This document shows, piece after piece, positions 37,469-45,454 of a DNA stretch of 45,594 bases; the stretch's first letter is position 1, and each line of letters begins with the position of its first letter. The notes beneath the pieces were generated by a model, which worked only from the letters and a program-made list of their open reading frames with translations, did not search any database and was not told the DNA's origin. The translations under genes and the position numbers were made by a program. Source of the stretch: Meiothermus sp. (GTDB lineage: Bacteria > Deinococcota > Deinococci > Deinococcales > Thermaceae); contig JANRLD010000110.1 of the NCBI GenBank assembly GCA_033762915.1, forward strand, positions 1 through 45,594. The letters run 5' to 3'.

Positions 37469-38785
37469 ATGCCAAAACCTAAGGTGTTCGGGGTCGTGTC
37501 CCTCGAGCGTGAGGCGTTTGTGGCCGGTTTGGCTCGGGCTTTTCTGGTGCAACTGTTGGCGGCTGACCCCAAGCTGCTCAAGCGGTACCGCGCGGCACTT
37601 CCGGATCAACGGACTCGAGGTGACCGAGCCCTGCAGGCCCTGGCTGAGCGGCTGTGGAACCCGCTCAATCGGGCGGGTACGCTGCGAGATTTTGTACAAC
37701 AGATTGCCCACTCATCGGACGAATCGCAGTTCTTCGGCAGATTGGCCGGAGCCCTCTTGCCCATAGTTCATGCGGATTTGAGCGACCAACTGCTGCTCGC
37801 CCTGCGCACGCCATCGGCGATGCTGCAGATCAGCGTCAACCTCACTAATTATGCCTGCGCCCGCTACCTGACGAGTCTGATACGGGTCTGGCCTGTTCCC
37901 GGTAACTACTTTGCCCTGCCCACCGACCCCTGGGTTAAAACCGAGGCCAGCGTAGAAGTGGCTTGGCAGCCGATCCAAGAGTTTCAACAGATCACCGCCC
38001 TGCAACACGAACTCCGGGCGAAAACGCTGATGATGCTAACCGCCCTCGCCGCCACTGCCGAGGCTGAAGGGCGCAGTGGCGAGACGTTGTTTGTGGGGTT
38101 GTCGGACTTAATGGGCTATCTGGGCTACAAGGCCGGGAAGAAGGCCAACGCCCGCTACTATTGGTTCCACACTGCCGAGGTGGTGCGGGCCTTGCTGCAC
38201 GACCTACCGGGTCATCAGGTACGGGTGGATGGGCGACCTGCCCAACCGCTGCTGATTCCGCCCCAAGTGGTGTTCCGCAACCCACACCAAGTCGTCCAAC
38301 TCGCCTCCCTCACCCCCGAAAGGCTTCGGGAAGCTGATATTCTGGGCTTTTATGTGCGCTTTGAACCAGCTATGTTGGGATTGCTGGGCATCAACCAAGC
38401 CCACAAGCAGACCGTCCCACTGGCCTTTTGTCATTTGCACGGGCCGTGCTTCTGGATGGCGTGGCGGGTGGCCTACTGGCAGTATTGGGGACATCATCAG
38501 ACCTGTGATTTGCTGCGGTTCTTGGAGGAGTGTGGCTATCTCGCCACGCACTGCCGCAGTGGGCGTACCCGCTATAAAGATGCCCTCAAGGATTGGTGGA
38601 GGGATGTGGGCAGGCTGGTGGATATTGAACTCCTGAGCGAGCCTGGAGTGCGGCTGTATCAGGGCAATAAAGAGGTCTCGGACAAGTGGAGCCAGCTCAT
38701 CGAAGAGCCGCGCAGCCGTTTAGGTGTGAACCAGCTCGAGCAGCTCAAAGCCCAGTTCACCACTGACAATTCTCGCACAAGATAG
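37469..38785 (+). CDS. Hypothetical protein, possibly tandem winged-helix (replication initiator-like)
   Basis: 438-aa ORF; TLFVGLSDLMGYLGY and DLLRFLEECGY...KDWWRDVGRL helical motifs. Confidence 0.65.
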   Translation: MPKPKVFGVVSLEREAFVAGLARAFLVQLLAADPKLLKRYRAALPDQRTRGDRALQALAERLWNPLNRAGTLRDFVQQIAHSSDESQFFGRLAGALLPIVHADLSDQLLLALRTPSAMLQISVNLTNYACARYLTSLIRVWPVPGNYFALPTDPWVKTEASVEVAWQPIQEFQQITALQHELRAKTLMMLTALAATAEAEGRSGETLFVGLSDLMGYLGYKAGKKANARYYWFHTAEVVRALLHDLPGHQVRVDGRPAQPLLIPPQVVFRNPHQVVQLASLTPERLREADILGFYVRFEPAMLGLLGINQAHKQTVPLAFCHLHGPCFWMAWRVAYWQYWGHHQTCDLLRFLEECGYLATHCRSGRTRYKDALKDWWRDVGRLVDIELLSEPGVRLYQGNKEVSDKWSQLIEEPRSRLGVNQLEQLKAQFTTDNSRTR

Positions 38786-38886
38786 ATCGCACGGTGTAAG
38801 AAATTGCCGTCCCGAATGCGGGTATGGCCGTGTTTTAAGGCTCCGCCCTGCTATGCCATAGTGAGATTGTCACAAAGGAGGAAGCT

Positions 38887-39072
38887 ATGAAAAAACTTCA
38901 GTGCAAAGACTTGGGGTTTGACTGCGGGCACGTGATCGAAGCCGAGACCGAGCAGGAGATTTTGGAGGCTGCCGCCAAACATGCCCTCGAGGAGAAGCAC
39001 CTCCCCGCCATCACCCCTGAGGTGGTAGAAGCGGTGCGCTCGGCCATAAAGGAAGTGCCCGTCCGGAGGTAG
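38887..39072 (+). CDS. DUF1059 small protein
   Basis: MKKLQCKDLGFDC..VIEAETEQEIL....HA; AGGAGG RBS. Confidence 0.85.
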   Translation: MKKLQCKDLGFDCGHVIEAETEQEILEAAAKHALEEKHLPAITPEVVEAVRSAIKEVPVRR

Positions 39073-39075
39073 GTC

Positions 39076-39645
39076 ATGCTGATCAAGCTCGGTGGGGTGG
39101 CCTTTGTGCTGGGCAACCTGCTGTTTATCGCCAACAAGCTCGATGAGATGAGCCGCCTGTGGCTGGGCGGATGGATGACGGATGTGATTTCGGGCAAGGA
39201 TGCAGGGCTGATCGTGCTGGGGCAGGTGTGCTTGATGCTGGGCTATGGAGCTATCTATCGCCACTATTCCCGGTTGCACCCGCCGGGCATTAATGCCCTA
39301 AAAGTGCTATGCGGTGGGGGAATCCTGCTGGCGGTTGGGCATACCAGCTTTATTTCTGGTTTGCCCGAGTGGGCCGAGGCTTTGTTTGTCTTGGTCTTTG
39401 CTGGCCTATTGTTTTTGGTGGTGGGCTTAATCTGGTGGGGTCTGTTAACTTTGCGCCAATCCAATGGGGGCTGGTTAATACTGTTTACCGGGGTCATGGG
39501 TGGGCTTGGATTTATCGCCACCAGCGGTGAGGAGACCAGGGCTATTTTTCTGGTGTTTCGCACCCTGTTTGCTTTGGGGATGATGGGAATGGGGGTTGTG
39601 TTGATGCTCGAGAAACCCACCCCTCAGGCCAAAAAATTCGCATGA
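39076..39645 (+). CDS. Hypothetical multi-pass membrane protein
   Basis: About 6 hydrophobic segments; GGAGG RBS. Confidence 0.75.
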   Translation: MLIKLGGVAFVLGNLLFIANKLDEMSRLWLGGWMTDVISGKDAGLIVLGQVCLMLGYGAIYRHYSRLHPPGINALKVLCGGGILLAVGHTSFISGLPEWAEALFVLVFAGLLFLVVGLIWWGLLTLRQSNGGWLILFTGVMGGLGFIATSGEETRAIFLVFRTLFALGMMGMGVVLMLEKPTPQAKKFA

Positions 39646-39652
39646 ACCAGGG

Positions 39653-41320
39653 CTAGAACAAACCCTGAATCTCCCCGCTCTCGTCGACATCAATCCGCAA
39701 GGCCGCAGGCTCTTTGGGCAGGCCGGGCATGGTCATCACCTCGCCCATGTAGGCCACCACAAAGCCCGCCCCGGCCCGGGGCTGTAGGTCGGTGACGGTC
39801 ACCGTGAAGCCCTCGGGTCGCCCGCGCAGCCTGGGGTTGTCGGAGAGGGAGTTGGCGGTCTTGGCGATCACGATGGGCAGGTGGCCGAAGCCTTCTTTTT
39901 CAGTCCGTTTGAGGGCTTTACGGGCGGCGTCGCTGTATTCAACCCTGGCGGCTCCATAGACCTGGGTGGCGATGGTCTGAATTTTGGCTTCGAGCGAATC
40001 CGACAACTCGTAGGCAAAGCGCAAGTGGGGCTTCTCCTCGAGGGCTTGCAACACCAACTCGGCCAGCTCGGTCCCGCCGGCCCCGCCGCGGGCGTGGACC
40101 TGGGTGAAGGAGAGCCGCAGGCCCTGCTCCCGGGCGAACCCCCGCACCAGTTCCAGCTCCTCTGGCGTGTCGGAGGGGAAGCCGTTGAAGGCCAGCACCG
40201 GCTGGTATCCGTGCAGACGGACGTTCTCGACGTGCTTGGCCAGGTTGCCCAGGCCCCGGCGGGCGGCGGCCGGGTCGGGCCTGGCGTACTCGTCCTGCCC
40301 GCCGTGGAAGCGCAGGGCCCGCAGGGTGGCTACCAGCACCACCGCCCCCGGCGCGAAGCCTGCTGCGCGGCAGACCAGGTTGAAGAACTTCTCGGCCCCC
40401 AGGTCAGAGCCGAAGCCGCCCTCGGTCACCACGTAGTCGGCGTAACCCAGGGCCATCCGGGTCGAGACCACCGAGTTGGTGCCGTGGGCGATGTTGGCGA
40501 AGGGCCCCATGTGCACGAAGGCCGGCCCATGCTCGAGGGTTTGTACCAGGTTGGGGCGGAAGGCCTGCTTCAGCAAGGCCAGCATCGCCCCGGCGGCTCC
40601 GATGTCCCCGGCGGATACCGGCCGCCCCTGGAAGGTGTGGCCCACCCGAATCCGACCCAGCCGCGCCCGCAGGTCGGCCAGGTCGGTCGCCAGGGCCATG
40701 ATCGCCATCACCTCCGAGGCCACGGTAATCTCGAAGCCGGTCTCCCGGGGCACGCCCTGCCCGGTGCCGCCCAGCCCTACGATCACCTTGCGCAGCGCAC
40801 GGTCGTTCATGTCCAGCGCCCGGCGCACCTCGATCCGGCGCGGGTCGAGGCCCAGTGCGTTGCCCTGCTGGAGGTGGTTGTCCGTCATCGCGCAGAGCAG
40901 GTTGACCGCGCTGGTGACGGCGTGGAAGTCGCCGGTGAAGTGCAGGTTGATCTCCTCCATCGGCAGCACCTGGGCGTAGCCGCCGCCGGTGGCCCCGCCC
41001 TTGACCCCGAAGACCGGCCCCAGCGAGGGTTCGCGCAGGGCCACGGCGGCCTGCTTGCCCAACTTCCCCAAGGCCTGAGCCAGCCCAATCGCCACTGTGG
41101 TCTTGCCCTCCCCGGCGGTGGTGGGCGACATCGCCGTGACCAGGATGAGCCGGCCTTTGGGCGCGGGCGGCGGGCCCATCACCTTGGCCATGTGGGGGCC
41201 GTACTGAAACAGGGCCTCGGCGGGGATGCCGAGGCTCGAGGCCACCGCCCCGATGGGCCGGGGCGGATGTTTGCGGGCGATCTCCAGGTCGCTGGGGAGT
41301 TCGCGCTGAACAGTGTCCAT
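39653..41320 (-). CDS. fhs: Formate--tetrahydrofolate ligase
   Basis: GEGKTT, LREPSLGP, KGGATGGG, GPFANIAHG and MTMPGLP. Confidence 0.97.
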   Translation of the reverse strand: MDTVQRELPSDLEIARKHPPRPIGAVASSLGIPAEALFQYGPHMAKVMGPPPAPKGRLILVTAMSPTTAGEGKTTVAIGLAQALGKLGKQAAVALREPSLGPVFGVKGGATGGGYAQVLPMEEINLHFTGDFHAVTSAVNLLCAMTDNHLQQGNALGLDPRRIEVRRALDMNDRALRKVIVGLGGTGQGVPRETGFEITVASEVMAIMALATDLADLRARLGRIRVGHTFQGRPVSAGDIGAAGAMLALLKQAFRPNLVQTLEHGPAFVHMGPFANIAHGTNSVVSTRMALGYADYVVTEGGFGSDLGAEKFFNLVCRAAGFAPGAVVLVATLRALRFHGGQDEYARPDPAAARRGLGNLAKHVENVRLHGYQPVLAFNGFPSDTPEELELVRGFAREQGLRLSFTQVHARGGAGGTELAELVLQALEEKPHLRFAYELSDSLEAKIQTIATQVYGAARVEYSDAARKALKRTEKEGFGHLPIVIAKTANSLSDNPRLRGRPEGFTVTVTDLQPRAGAGFVVAYMGEVMTMPGLPKEPAALRIDVDESGEIQGLF

Positions 41321-41358
41321 GCCCCCAAGCTACGCCCAAAAGTTCGGATAAACGTCCC

Positions 41359-42063
41359 CTACTTCTGGCAGTCCAGCCGTATGCGCAGGCTGGGGCTGGG
41401 GGTGGTGTAGCTGGCCCCGCTCTGCCGGATGGTGTTTTCAAAACCCTTGGTGTTGATCTCCAGGAGCAGCTTGGTGGGGGTCTTGATCTGGTCTTTGGGG
41501 GTGTCGTACTTGTACCAGAACTTGAGCTGGTGGGTGATGGCCCCGCCTGGAGGCAGGTTGGCGTAGGTGAGCTTTTGCACGTCCAGCACGTCGGTGGTCA
41601 GGGTCTGGGCGTCATCGAAGGCGACCTGGATACCCTGATCGGCTAGGCCGGTGAAGACCGGCTGCACCATGTTCTTGGCGGCGCTGCGGAACTCTACCGT
41701 TATGCCCCAGCCCGCCGTTTCGATGGGGGTGCCTGCGTCCTTCACAATGGCCTCGAGCTTGCTGGCCCGGACCCGCCAGATGCCGTTGAAGAGGGTCTCG
41801 CCCAGGCAGCCCTCGAGGCTGGCCCGCTGGTTGGCCCCGCCCGCCGCGACCGGCTGGGGGGGCTGGAAGCTCAGGCCCAGGTTGGCCCCGCTGCGGCTTA
41901 CCCCCATCCCAGCTTTCTGCAGGGCCTCGAGGGGCACGTAGACTTTACCGTTCACGGTTATAGCGGGCGTGCTTGAGGCCTGTCCGTTGATGGTCAGTCG
42001 CAGGGTGGCCTGGGCCAATGCCAGGCCCGCGATCAGCAGACTTACCCATAAGATTCTGTACAT
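41359..42063 (-). CDS. Secreted hypothetical protein
   Basis: Signal peptide ALA-QA; NGKVYVPL stalk-like motif; AGGAG RBS. Confidence 0.8.
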   Translation of the reverse strand: MYRILWVSLLIAGLALAQATLRLTINGQASSTPAITVNGKVYVPLEALQKAGMGVSRSGANLGLSFQPPQPVAAGGANQRASLEGCLGETLFNGIWRVRASKLEAIVKDAGTPIETAGWGITVEFRSAAKNMVQPVFTGLADQGIQVAFDDAQTLTTDVLDVQKLTYANLPPGGAITHQLKFWYKYDTPKDQIKTPTKLLLEINTKGFENTIRQSGASYTTPSPSLRIRLDCQK

Positions 42064-42081
42064 ACTCTTCTCCTGTTGCTC

Positions 42082-43398
42082 CTATAAGCGGATGCTCGAG
42101 CCCGCCTTGAGCCGGAAGTTGAAACCGCTGGCCGGCCCAGCCACTACCGTGCCTGCGGCGTATTTGCCCGCGCTGTCGGCGCCCTGAGTGGTGGCGTCCC
42201 AGGTGTTGCCCGTGGCGTGGATGGTCAGGTTCCCGCCGTGGTCCAGTAGGCTGGGCCGCCCGTTGGCGAAGGTGTTGCCGCCGGGATCTGCGGTGGTGCC
42301 CAGGTCGGCCAGGCCGCCGTCCACCACCACCCCACCGGACTGGTCGTTGGCGATGGTCCCGTTGGAGTCGAAGCTGCTGCCGCGCACCTTGAGCTGGGCT
42401 GCCCCGCCCAGCCGCAGGGCGTAGGCCCGGCTCTGCGTGAAGCGGGCGTTCTTCACGCTGACCGAGCCGCCGAAGATGGCCACCCCCAGATAGACCTGCT
42501 CGAAGCGGGTGACCTCGATGATCAGCGTACCGCTCGACCAGCTGCTGGATTCCGGGCCGCTGACCGTGCCCCCGACTAGCTCGAGGCGGGTGCCGGGGTC
42601 TTTGAGGCTGAAGGCGTTCAGGCAGTTGCGCACCGCGGGGCCGTTCAGGGCGGCGGTGGCGCTGTCCCAGAGGGTGAGGGCGTTGAGGACGGGCGCGACG
42701 CTGGGGTCGGAGATGTTGCGGGAGACCCCCACGCGCTCGAGGGTCCCGCCGTTGACGGTCAGCCGCGACCGGCCCTTGGCCAGAATCCCGGTGCTGTCCG
42801 TGAAGACGGGGGTGTTCAGGGTGGCCTGGGCCTCCCCCTCGAGGGTCAGGCTGCTGACGGAGTCGGTGGGCTTTCCGCCGAAGCTCACCTCGGACACGGT
42901 GGCCCGGACGCTGCCGGAGAGCTTTAGCCCCAGGGTGTTGTCGGCGAACGTAACCCCGGTCAGGGTCGGGGTGCCCGCGTCGGCCTGCACCGCCACCGCG
43001 AAGTTCCTCAGGGTGAGGAAACTCAGGGCCGCCCCGCCGCTCAGGGTCAGGCCGGTCTTTCCGGCAAAGCCGCTCAAGATCACCCCCGCCGAGTTGGCCT
43101 TCACGGTGATGCCGTCCGGTACGGTGTAGCCCCAGGTCTCGCCGCTGGCCCCGTCGTAGGTGCCCGCCAGCAGCACAACTGTCCTGACCGGCCCGACCGC
43201 CGCCTCGAGGGCCTTCTTGAGGGTCTTGAGGGGCCGTTCCTGGGTGCCGGGGTGGGTGTCTTGCCCGCTCGAGGGGTCTACGAAAACCTGGGTCGGGGCG
43301 GCGGGGCTGGAGCAGCCCACCAGCGGCAGGGCCAGCGCCGCGAGTAAAAGCAGCGTGCCCTTGAGAGTAACCTTGGAACCTGCTCCGATGGTCGGCAT
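42082..43398 (-). CDS. DUF1565 / right-handed beta-helix lipoprotein
   Basis: Lipobox LVGC; VFVDPSSGQD..PGT...PLKTLKKAL; DLGTTADPGGNTF. Confidence 0.85.
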   Translation of the reverse strand: MPTIGAGSKVTLKGTLLLLAALALPLVGCSSPAAPTQVFVDPSSGQDTHPGTQERPLKTLKKALEAAVGPVRTVVLLAGTYDGASGETWGYTVPDGITVKANSAGVILSGFAGKTGLTLSGGAALSFLTLRNFAVAVQADAGTPTLTGVTFADNTLGLKLSGSVRATVSEVSFGGKPTDSVSSLTLEGEAQATLNTPVFTDSTGILAKGRSRLTVNGGTLERVGVSRNISDPSVAPVLNALTLWDSATAALNGPAVRNCLNAFSLKDPGTRLELVGGTVSGPESSSWSSGTLIIEVTRFEQVYLGVAIFGGSVSVKNARFTQSRAYALRLGGAAQLKVRGSSFDSNGTIANDQSGGVVVDGGLADLGTTADPGGNTFANGRPSLLDHGGNLTIHATGNTWDATTQGADSAGKYAAGTVVAGPASGFNFRLKAGSSIRL

Positions 43399-43437
43399 GT
43401 TTCTCCTTTGTGATGGCGTAGCGTACCCTTCGAGGCG

Positions 43438-43653
43438 TTACCCGGGGGTTACGCGGCGGTGCTGCTGGCGGTATTCCAAACCGCAACCCCCACAGAACCG
43501 GGCGTAGGGCGAGGTGATGGGGGCCTGGCAGCGGGGGCAGGCGGTGGTCATGGGGGTGCCGCACTGGATGCAGAAGCGCTCGTTTACCGCCAGCGGAACC
43601 CCCCTCAGGCACTTGGGACATAGCCGATAGGCGACGCTCACTCGAGTTCCCAC
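43438..43653 (-). CDS. Small double zinc ribbon (DZR) protein
   Basis: Four CxxC motifs (CPKC, CIQCG, CPRC, CGGCG); GAAGGAG RBS. Confidence 0.85.
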   Translation of the reverse strand: MGTRVSVAYRLCPKCLRGVPLAVNERFCIQCGTPMTTACPRCQAPITSPYARFCGGCGLEYRQQHRRVTPG

Positions 43654-43678
43654 AAAGATTGGTCTCCTTCTGACCGTA

Positions 43679-43710
43679 AGTGTGAGGTAGGTCTGGTTAC
43701 TTCCCGGTTA
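43679..43710 (-). promoter_or_regulatory. Conserved DZR-cassette promoter motif, copy 1
   Basis: TAACC-GGGAAG-TAACC-AGACCT-ACCT-CACACT. Confidence 0.65.
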
Positions 43711-43714
43711 TCTT

Positions 43715-44248
43715 TCAGGGCCTTTGAATGCGGACTGGGGTTTGGTACTCCACAGTCATCGAGATCGAACCACCTTCTTCGTCCATGAATAGCTCTTGCA
43801 GGCGACCCGTGGCGGGGTTTACAAACACCGTCAGGTTCTGCTCCTGGCCCAGTACGTAAATATCGAACCCGGTGGCGTTTTGTTTACCCGTAAACCTGAA
43901 ACCGCTTAACTCCCCAGGCTTTATCGGCTCACTCAGAGTTTTGGGGTCGGGGTTGGGTTGAGAAAGGGCTATCCAGCCTTGGTCGGGGTCGTTACCCCAG
44001 GCCTGTTGACCGATCACAATCACTTCGGGACCACCCTCCATTTGGACCTGGTAGCGGTCGGGTGATTGATAGCGCACTGTGTAGCGCGTGATCTCCCTCG
44101 AGCTGTCTGTGGCGGAAAAGTTCTGGGTGTAATAGGGGGCCTGTTTCATCAGATTGAAGGCCTGTCGCACCGCTTCATCGGGATTGGGCTGGGATTGGTA
44201 CTCACAAGCAGCCAAAACCAGTAGAACCAACAACCAAGTTGAGCGCAT
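43715..44248 (-). CDS. Lipoprotein, LolA/LppX-like fold suspected
   Basis: MRSTWLLVLLVLAAC lipobox; YQSPDRYQV..EVIVIG; AAGGA RBS. Confidence 0.8.
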   Translation of the reverse strand: MRSTWLLVLLVLAACEYQSQPNPDEAVRQAFNLMKQAPYYTQNFSATDSSREITRYTVRYQSPDRYQVQMEGGPEVIVIGQQAWGNDPDQGWIALSQPNPDPKTLSEPIKPGELSGFRFTGKQNATGFDIYVLGQEQNLTVFVNPATGRLQELFMDEEGGSISMTVEYQTPVRIQRP

Positions 44249-44292
44249 GAATATTTCCTTTATCCGTTTTCTCTGTGCGCCAAAGCGGGGTG

Positions 44293-44502
44293 TCATTTCT
44301 GCTCGAGCCTCGAGAGTCGTTCCTCGAATCTGGCCAAAGTGGCCTCGAGCTGGGCAATGCGGGCTTGGCGGGCCTCGAGTTTCTGGTTCAAACCCTGGAT
44401 GGCTGCCAGCGCCACACTCAAGCTAAAGCCCTGAGCCTGAGCCGTGCCAAACCAAGCTGCGCCCAGCAGCAGGAAACAAATCACATGCCGAAAGGTCTTC
44501 AT
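44293..44502 (-). pseudogene. Signal peptide fused to the coiled-coil tail typical of S74 intramolecular-chaperone proteins (probable internal-deletion remnant)
   Basis: AAGGAGG RBS; MKTFRH...AQA-Q then VALAAIQGLNQKLE..IAQLE. Confidence 0.6.
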
Positions 44503-44516
44503 GTTTTCCTCCTTGC

Positions 44517-44735
44517 TTAGGTGACTTCTAGCTTGAGGGCCAGATTGTGGCCACAATTCCCGCAAAACCGCGCTTCGGGGGAGTAGATGGGGCTGTAACA
44601 CTTGGGACAAGCGCTGAGCATGGCTTGCCCGCAATTGGTGCAAAAGCGTTCGCTCGAGGCTACTGGCAGCGCACGAAAACAGCCGACACACAGCTTGAAG
44701 GCGAGGCGCCTATTTGCGTAGGTACCTCGAGTCAT
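44517..44735 (-). CDS. Small double zinc ribbon (DZR) protein, paralogue of 43438-43653
   Basis: CVGC, ERFCTNCG, ACPKC and SPEARFCGNCG. Confidence 0.85.
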   Translation of the reverse strand: MTRGTYANRRLAFKLCVGCFRALPVASSERFCTNCGQAMLSACPKCYSPIYSPEARFCGNCGHNLALKLEVT

Positions 44736-44896
44736 AAGGCCCCCTTTGAGCCACCAATCGCGTTTCCCACCTCTACTCCGTACCGTGGGCGGAGTAGTGC
44801 TCTCGGTCTGGCAAAAACCGCCGTACCGAGTGTTCGTGGGAACCGCTCAAGAGTGAACAAGACCATCACCACAAAACCAATCCATTCACTTCGCAC
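44732..44896 (-). CDS. 54-aa leader ORF carrying an in-frame family-1 repeat
   Basis: GGGAGG RBS and GTG start; MRSEWIGFVVMVLFTLERFPR...VGNAIGGSKGAL; its TGA overlaps the DZR ATG. Confidence 0.5.
   Translation of the reverse strand: MRSEWIGFVVMVLFTLERFPRTLGTAVFARPRALLRPRYGVEVGNAIGGSKGAL
44760..44848 (-). repeat. Family-1 T-shaped palindromic repeat
   Basis: Minus strand GAGCGGTTCCCACGAAC...CTACTCCG/CGGAGTAG...GGTGGGAAACGC. Confidence 0.8.
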
Positions 44897-44917
44897 AAGA
44901 AACCTCCCTTTGCCAGT

Positions 44918-44949
44918 AGCTTGGGGGAGGTCTGGTGAGCTTTGGGTCA
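44918..44949 (-). promoter_or_regulatory. Conserved DZR-cassette promoter motif, copy 2
   Basis: TGACC-CAAAGC-TCACC-AGACCT-CCCC-CAAGCT. Confidence 0.65.
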
Positions 44950-44977
44950 GGTTTTGAGGAAAAAGCGCAGGTTGGCG

Positions 44978-45454
44978 TCAGCTGTACTGCTGTACAAACT
45001 CCGTCCACTGTGGCGGCAGGGCTTCTCCCACTTCTTTCATCCGCTCCCGCGCCTGGTCATAGAGCCGCCCGATGGTCTTATAGTTATCGGCAGCCTTGTA
45101 GGCGCTGAGGCAGAGGTGGAGGTAGTCGAGGCTATAGGGGTCGGCCTCGAGCAGAATCCGCCCCAATCGGGCGGCCTCCTTGGGGTCGGTGATGAGCTCC
45201 GCTTCGGCCCTGAGCTTGAGCGAGAGATACAAGGAATCTGCTACGGTGCTCTCGAGGCTGAGGCCCTCGAGGTACATTCCCCGCCACAGGGACAAGTCAC
45301 CGCTATGCAAAAATGCTTCGGCGTCCGAAACTACCGCTCCCAGCATGTAGCCAGAGCCAGTGGTCTGGATTGCCGCTTCGCCCAGGCTTTCGCGCAGCGA
45401 ACTCACCAATTGTTTGAGCGCCGAGGCGGCCTTGAATTCGTCGTCGTCAGGGTA
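44978..45454 (-). pseudogene. 3' fragment of a wHTH-BTAD (SARP-like) transcriptional regulator, interrupted by IS3
   Basis: Frame reads YPDDDEFKAASALKQLVSSLRESLG...GYML, then SDAEAFL, LWRG.YL and LLEADPY; the similarity stops exactly at the IS end. Confidence 0.8.

Noticed and set aside
42082..43398. Beta-helix lipoprotein as the missing pectate lyase
   Set aside because: It lies 8.5 kb from the pectin locus, has no LacI operator, and I recognise no lyase catalytic motifs.
39881..43621. Long alternative ORFs 39881-41410, 40404-41441 and 41945-43621
   Set aside because: They overlap fhs or the DUF1565 gene in other frames and are Arg/Pro/Gly-rich shadows.
44503..44691. Longer 132-aa version of the 44293 ORF
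   Set aside because: It overlaps the DZR gene out of frame; the strong RBS supports ATG 44502.
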